A stretch of 55,627 nt of DNA, filler included, from Sphacelaria rigidula (taxonomy: Eukaryota): assembly GCA_964200075.2 (NCBI GenBank). It is 6 parts of 6 records of this genome, joined end to end, with 100 filler letters (N's around TTAATTAATTAA, not from the genome) between each part and the next. Parts side by side here need not be neighbours in the genome. Positions count along the whole stretch, not along the records: positions 46,441 to 55,627 come from CAXNAA020009100.1; 5 more parts are not named here. One strand, given 5' to 3'. Below, piece by piece: positions 48,373 to 55,627 of the stretch; position 1 is the stretch's first letter, and every line of letters begins with the position of its first letter. The position numbers and the translations under genes are program-made. The notes below the pieces were generated by a model that was given only the letters and a program-made list of their open reading frames with translations, was not told where the DNA came from and did not search any database.

Positions 48373-51300
48373 CGCCTAACCAAACCACCAACACAAACCA
48401 ACTAGCACCACCACCGAGTCAACCTCTGAACAATCAGTCGTCCACTCAATCTTCGCAAGACACTAAACGCGCCTCGCCCTCCGAACCTCATGCCCTCCGA
48501 CACACCAGACCTCATCAAGTAAAACACCGCACAATGACATGCGCACCACCTGACTGGCTCCTCGATACGCCGTGTACCCTTCGGCGCTATCGAATCAACC
48601 CCCCAAGGGCATCTCTTGGTGAACACCACTCTCCATGAATGCACCAAAATATTCGGTGCCAGTCCCTGTACTTGATAGTTCGTCTAGTGTCCTGAGGCAT
48701 GAGCCTACACCACAGACTGGCGAAAGTTTCCCTCAGTCTCCGGTGCTACATTATTCCACGCGAATGCAACCCCGCCTTTCACGGCCCATGACCAACCATC
48801 ATCACGGTGCGGTCCCCATTAATTTTACGCGGCCACTGCCCCCACATCCCGAAACTGAGATACCGTCGGCCGGCGCTAGCTCAAGCTCGTGGTGTGGGTA
48901 AAATGGGTCTGATCAGTTCTGGGTCAAGGGTCTCACTCAGGCAAGATCCCGCGGAACTACACGTATTTATAGCTTTTATGGTGAGAAAATGTGTCGTACT
49001 AACACTAGTAATGATCACTCTAGTATACCACTTTATAATTCGATCTGTGAACAGCTATCTTCCTCTCAGTCAAACCAGAGGGGGAGGCCACGTCCAGCAG
49101 GTATCCACGTGCCGAGAGAGAAGCTGTCTCGGTCATCGGATTGCTGCCCCTGCAACTATTCATCGTAGGGTACGTTCTAGCCCAAACATCCAAGTGGTGT
49201 CGGGTCCCTTTGCAGTTGAGCATAGCTATTGCACTGTGGATCACGATCACAGGAAACCCTCGCTTTCCGTTGCTCCACGGGTTGGAGAAGGACCCCCCGC
49301 GGTGACCTGGTCGGTAAGCCAAGAGTTCACACCGTCACGGACCGCTCCTGAGAACTTCCCAACAGCGACAGGCCACGACGGTACGCCTCAGGCATTGCAT
49401 GTGCCGCTACCGTCCTATGTCCCCCCTTGGCCCCCACAGCCACCACCGACACGAGAAGTAGAGGCGGAGCATGTTGACTCATGGTCCACCCTACCTACTG
49501 TCGGTTCGTTGTCGCGCTCACGTGCGGATCCGCCACTGGCGACCTCACACCACGACAGCCTCACGCCGGTAACTGAAGATTCGTCCCCTATGTTTCCAAT
49601 TTGGCCGCCGACAACGTGTCTGCTGATCAATCCGTGGAGACCATGTCTATTCCCAATGCATGTGTTGATGTTCTGGACGTAAGTTCCGCTGATGCAGCCA
49701 CCGGAAACACGTCCCACGGCGAAAAACCGTCTCCCCTTCTGTCCACTGTAGACTGTTCGGTAGACACATCGCGGTGCAGGGCTATATTTCTGCCGACCCC
49801 CCACACGGGACATCCACTACCAAGCCGGCAGTCCATGCCCCCCCTGCCGACATCACAGCCGGCCCGGCTTTCACCAGGACGGCCACCCCTAATAGTCGCA
49901 CCTCCATCGCGGTTTACGAGATATGTAGCCCGGACGCCCCAACATTGGAGAACACCGAAGACCAGTGCTCACATCCCCAGACCCCCACAAGACCACCCCA
50001 GAGAATATCTCAATACTATAGTTGTGGAGGTAAAGCGAACACATATCAATTCGTTGCCAGAGTTTGGCCCGGATCTTACGAGTGGCATTGTCTCCTTAGA
50101 CGATGCGTCTTTCACAACTAGAGTTGGGCTTCACAGTGGGTCTTGTGCAAGCCATCAACTTATGGCCCTGGCACTACCGGACTCGGGCTCCCCTCAGACC
50201 TCCATCACCGCCAGTTGCTGGCAGGATATACTCCGCACCGGCGTGGCAGATGATACATGTCTGTCCGCTGTCCCCCCCCGCACCTTCGGCGGCTTCGGGT
50301 CAGGCTGTGCGACTGAGTATCTAGTTCTTCGATGATACGAACCCCACGGCACGACGTTCTGTCTGGGCTTTGATTCCTCCACACAATGCCATGGCCTTCG
50401 ATGTTTTGCTGGGCAGAGATAGCTGGTTGCGATTTTCGGCATATACGTGCACCACCGAACCTCCGTCACCGCATTCATCCACGAAGGGCAAAGTGCCACT
50501 GGGTCACTTTGATGACCAACCCGGTGCTCAGGCTTTCACGCGCGACGCGTCTGTAGCTCAGGCCGCTTTCAAGTTGTTTTATGTTGGAGAGGCAGTTGCG
50601 TCACTTTCGTATGAACGCCAACCCTTGATGGTTAAGTTGGTACGGCGCAATGGTCTGCCAGCACTCGCAGGACAGTACTTGGTGGACTCCCTTCCCCGCG
50701 ACGGTTAGGCAGGTTGCATGTTCGGAAAGGAGGATGTATTTGTGAAGGACGGACGCCAGCAAATTGTCCTGACGTCTCCGGAGTGCATTGATTTAGTACC
50801 CAATCATTTGTGGGGGTATACCTCGGCTCCGCTTCTACGTACTCCTCTGTCAGATATATGCCCCCGCACCAGTACCACTGCTGCAACTGACTTCAATCAA
50901 AATACTGACTGTGATGGACCAGTGTCAGTTGATCCGATTGTTGTGACCGCGTCGGATGGAGACGCGGGACCGGAAAATTCCAAAAAAACTGTTGGATCGC
51001 CTACAGCCTGAGCAGCGGGCAAGTTTCTCGCGACTGTGGAATGACGTTCCTCTCCACCTTCGTCACAACACCTTCAATCTCGACGGTGAGGGTTGAACTA
51101 CGGCGGTCATCGACAGACTACGAGATGTTCTGATCCGCTATGCCGCGCGATTTTCCACCCCACCTCTGGATTTGGGTCGTTGCACAACGGCTCCGTTCAA
51201 GATCAACGTGCTCAAAGGAACACGCCCCATCGCCACACGCCCGCATCGCACAACCCGCTGCTCGCTAATATGAGTACAAACAGTCATAGATAGCTACCTA

Positions 51301-54300
51301 GCGGTGGGGATCATTCGTGATTCAACATCCCCAGGGCCTCCTCCTTTGGTTGTTGTTCGAAAACAAAATGGCAAGATCCGCGTCACCGTCAACTATCAAC
51401 GTTTGAACGCAGTGACGATGGTTCCCCGCCTTCCGTTCCCCCGAATACACGAAATCATCGACTCCCTTGGACGAGGTAAACTATTTTCTACTGTCGATAT
51501 GCAGTCGGATTACCACCAACTGATGATAGTTCCCTACTCCATTGAGCTGACGGCGTTCTGCACGCCGTCTGGACTGTATGAGAGGCTAGTGACACCAAAA
51601 GGTGCCTCTGGCGCGCCTGGGGCTTTTCAACCAGCCATGTTTCGCGCCACCGATGGGCTCCCCTCCGCGGGTTTTTTCTGGACGATGTCGTGATCCAGGA
51701 TCTCAATCCCGAAGGGCACATAGAGCTATTAGCATAATCTGAAACTTTCTCCATCGAAATCACAGATTGGCTCAACGATTTTCACCTTTCTGGGGTACTG
51801 CATTACCCCAGAAGGCCGCAGCCCAACTCTCGACAAAGTTTCAGCTCTTGCAAACATACCAATGCCCAAAGATAATCCTCAAGTGCGCTCGCTGCTCAGC
51901 GGCCTCAACTACTACCGCTAATATCTACCGAATCTCACGTGAACACTAAAAAACCCCACCACTGTCATCAAGCGAGGGGTGAGGTTTGAGTTCAAAACAG
52001 CCATGCAAGAGATAGTCCGTGATCTCCTTGCCCAATTGTCTAGCCCTCTGGTCCTTGAATATCCTGATTAGGATGCCGCCGATGACGGTTCACGACCTAT
52101 CCGGCTACATACATACCGACGTATGCAAGATTGGATTCGGTTGTACACTTGAGAAGGAGCAATTGGATGCATCCAACCGTCCCATTGTCTATCTGAGCCG
52201 CACAATGTTCCCTCGTGAACAAAGTTGGAGCATTATGGAGCAAGAAGCGAGCGCCGTTGTTCGGGGTGTCCGGCGTCTCCGTCACTTTTTGTATGGTATT
52301 TCATTCGTCATTTTGACCGACCACAAACCATTGGAAAACCTCGCAAAAATAGCGGAGCACAATGCGCGAGTTCAGCGTCAGTTCGAAATCTCATCTTTTT
52401 ACAACTTTCAGTCGAAGTATAGGATCGATCCTTAAAACGCCAACGCTGACTTCCTCTCCCGATTTCCGACACTTGCCACACCGATCGATACCTCCCCCGC
52501 GGGGCGCATAACAAATCCCACGGAGGATATCGTATACGTAGTCAGTCTCCTTGGACACCGTGGTCTCTGGACACCTTACGCCTCCACCGAGACTACGGGT
52601 TTGAGTATGAGTGGGCTGACACCTTCTGGCCCGAAAACGGCGCTAGGTGGCTTGCCCCCCCCCGACCTTTTCCTTCAGTGTTTGGGAATGTCAACACCAA
52701 TACAAGTACCATACTTGGATATGACGTCTTCAGGGTGACGACCCGCCGCATGAATATTGCTGCCACACCGGAGCTCACCGTCCCCCATCTGTCTTCCCTG
52801 TTCAAGTACGCGATCTCAATTCTAGTAGAACGGGGGTCGAGAGCAGCAGAAGCAGCCGCTCACGCCGCTGTTTCTGGATCTAATCTTCCCCCGCCTTCCC
52901 CGGTCCCGGTGCAGGCGAGTTTCCTCGCCCCACCCCAACCACGTCGGTATAAACCAGCGCCTAAGGCGGGATCACCTCCTCCTGACCTGCCAATGATCGA
53001 CAAATCCGCGGAGGACGATCCCCTGATCAAGGACCTTTCGAGTACCAGTGACTTCGCTGTCCCACAGCCTTCTACTCCCGACGAGTCTCTCAGCGATGTC
53101 GAAGCTGCAGGTACTGATCTACTGTTGGAGCTCGCCCCCCCCTCGTACCCTGCGTTCCGAGGGTGGCAGTTCAACAGGCACCATCCACGATGCCTACGAT
53201 TGTCTCCTTGACTCTTACGTCGAAAGTGAATAAAAAGAGCAATTAAGCTTGTTCTCTCTCCAAGATGGGGCGCGATAACAATGAGCCGAGCCTGCGTGCC
53301 GCGCAGCAATACTTTATCTGTCCCAAAATTGCCTATTCCCATTCCCCTCCGCGGATATTCTCAAACCTGTCGGACGGCGCTAGGCATCCACATAGGATGA
53401 AGTTGTTGAGCTCGCCCGCAAAAGCAAACTGGACATGGATGATGACGGCATTGTGGTTTTGATCCGCAAACCCACGCTGGCACCACAGTCAGACCGTCCT
53501 ACCGGTATATATGCTCGATTAATCGGTCAAGAACCTCCTCGCATTTACGTGCCAATATTGATGCGACCATGGGTTCCGCACGAGTGTCATTCCAACGCTT
53601 CGATCCATCTGGGTACAATTCGGACGATCCAGTTCATGGAGCGATTCTACTGGTGGATAGGTATCGACCAATGTGTCCGTTGGTGGATACGTTATTGTTT
53701 GACTTGTCAGGCGCACAAGACGTCCCGCCAGACGGAGCGTTGACCAGTCATCTCCATGCCGCTCCCCACTGGGCCCGGTGAAATATATATCGGGACTATT
53801 TCGGACCATCGCCTCTCACGGAGAGTGGCGGCAAGTACATTTTGTTGATCACGCATCGATTCAGTCGTCACGCCGTCGTGCATGCTGTCTCAGAACCCAA
53901 CTATTCCGCGGAGGGCACTACCAATATCCTGGTATACAAGTACATGCCACAATTGGGTGCCCCCCGGAAATGGTTGTCCGACAATGGCCAACCCTTTTCC
54001 GGCAAACGTTCTGCCGCGGTCAGTACACTATTGGGTTCCCGTCGCATCTTTGCAAGTGCATGCCACCCCCAAACTAACGGTGGAACGGAACGGTCAACCA
54101 TACGATGGCGCAAATGCTGTCAGCCGTCACAAACGAACTGCAAACATGTGGGATTTGCATCTGCCTTTTATCCAAATGAACCACAATGATTCGGTTCACG
54201 CCGCCATCGGCCTTGCACCAAATGAAATCCACATTGCTCACATGCCGCGGCTGCCGTTGACCGTGTTGCAGCGCTGCAACGTGAGTCGTTATCAGAGTTT

Positions 54301-55538
54301 GGACCTGGATATTAGGGAGTATCATGACCTTTTGAGTCAGCGTCTGCGGTTGGCGTATGGTTTGGTGCGCGAGCAGAACCAAATCAAGTTGGCAAAAGAG
54401 ATCAGTGCCAATGCCACGTTGGATGCGGTGATGCACAAGCACCCAGTGTGGAAGGCAGGTGCATGGACGTGGGTGTACATTGATGTATGGGGGGCCACTG
54501 GGGTGCCTGCAACCTCAAATTTGGACGTTACAGACCTTCTGCAACATCTGTAACGCCCAAATTTGAGGTCGCAGGCACCCCAGTGGGCCACCCGTGTGTA
54601 CAGGTGATTCGCCAAGGAGCTACCGCGGATAAGGATCCGCTGGATAAGGGGTTGAAAGCTAAGTTGTCCCTGAATTTGACCGGGCCATGGAAACGTTCGG
54701 GTGTTGGGCCAAGTGCTACAGCACCGGATGATCGACCCCTCGGGGAAGAACCTTGTACCTCGATTTCCCCATGGGCCTCCGCCGAAAACCCGCGTGTCTG
54801 TCTTGCGCTGTCAACTTTGCACCGCCCCGTACGATACAATTTACATGCCCAAACAATTACCTTTGGGACTCAGCCAGTATGTGTTGACGAACCACGCCAC
54901 CAAGTCGCCGCCTTTCATGTCACAGCTGACAATGTTCACGCCCTAGTGGAACGCGTAGTAGTCGATCATATCAGCTGACACCAACTGGTCCGCAGTCGTG
55001 GCGATCAAATAGCAATGATGTATCAGACGCACTGGAAAGGATTGATGCAGGTCACGTCGGAAAGGGAAGTTGATTAAAGACATTTCCGTAGACAAATATT
55101 GCTGTACTGGGTAGGCGATGTTGCGCAACACCGTTTGTTGAACCGAAGATACAGGTCTACGCGGAAGGGCGCGGCGGCACCGGAGCTGACGCGGGATCAT
55201 TTGGCTAGGTTTGCCATTGCAGGCTTTAGTCTTGTTTCGCGTGAGAAATATTGCTTTCTTTTCGCAGGAAACGTCTTCCGGAGTGCGTAAACTTCTGATA
55301 CAAGGCGCAGGACTCCCTCTGGTGGTTGGGCGAGATTCACTTACCAGCCCCCGACCCCGACAACTCCCACTACATCCCCTTCCTCTATGACCCCGGCTCC
55401 CTTAAGCTCATTCTAGACGATACTTACTACACTGAAGCGTCGTCTGCTCGCCGCGGGTCCTGGTGTCTTCAGCGTCATGATGATGGCAACATGGACGACC
55501 CTAATCTCTGGAATACCGACAACTCATTGAAGGAAGAC
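48356..55538 (+). mobile_element. pol: Decayed near-full-length Ty3/Gypsy element (gag region, PR, RT, RNase H, integrase, chromodomain-like)
   Basis: PR LPDSGS...LLGRD (50161-50430); RT VVVRKQNGKIRVTVNYQRLN...FLDD (51304-51950); RH TD...E..TDHKPL (52110-52460); IN HECH..HLG..CLTC, DNGQPF, NGGTER (53435-54700); VVDHIS...YQTHWKG (~54950-55090); many stops and frameshifts. Confidence 0.95.
54486..54596. mobile_element. 111-bp hairpin MITE (same family as 7078-7187), 2-bp TSD TG
   Basis: TG|TATGGG...CCCGTG|TG; removal restores WVYIDVQVIRQGA, matching WVFNDVKTVTQGA of the other Gypsy copy. Confidence 0.9.
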
Positions 55539-55627
55539 TGTAATGCGTGAGAGGACCGCGTGCTTAGAGAACCGCGCCGTAGTTAAAAATACCTCAGGAT
55601 CGACGTTTTCCAAAACCAATCGGGTCA
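55539..55627 (-). mobile_element. Third copy of the TGT-ended MITE, truncated at the window end
   Basis: TGTAATGCGTGAGAGGACCGCGTGCTTAGAGAACCG, then the reverse complement of ~19715-19770. Confidence 0.85.

Overview
Eukaryotic, repeat-rich nuclear DNA with spliced genes, LTR retrotransposon relics, a tRNA-derived SINE, many TIR/foldback MITEs and TTAGGG-like tracts. The style is most consistent with a stramenopile such as a brown alga; this is inference, not a database result. The window is not contiguous. Six fragments of 9188, 9188, 9188, 9188, 9188 and 9187 bp are joined by identical 100-bp linkers (N44-TTAATTAATTAA-N44), so they are probably size-sorted unrelated contigs, and nothing should be inferred across linkers. 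Recognisable content: two decayed copies of one Ty3/Gypsy family (4630-8160; ~48350-55538), a Ty1/Copia protease fragment, a probable hAT dimerisation-domain relic, the last two exons of a tyrosinase-like di-copper protein gene (minus strand; the last exon is missed by the ORF track), two orphan long exon-like ORFs, and about 10 non-autonomous transposon families, most with ends and target-site duplications (TSDs) readable directly. The most notable pattern is four sequence-distinct MITE families sharing 5'-AACA...TGTT-3' ends, 4-bp TSDs and GRTT-core subterminal motifs. One of them sits as a near-identical inverted pair around the last tyrosinase exon. I found no rRNA, intact tRNA, CRISPR array or prokaryotic operon. 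Most short ORFs in the supplied track are spurious.
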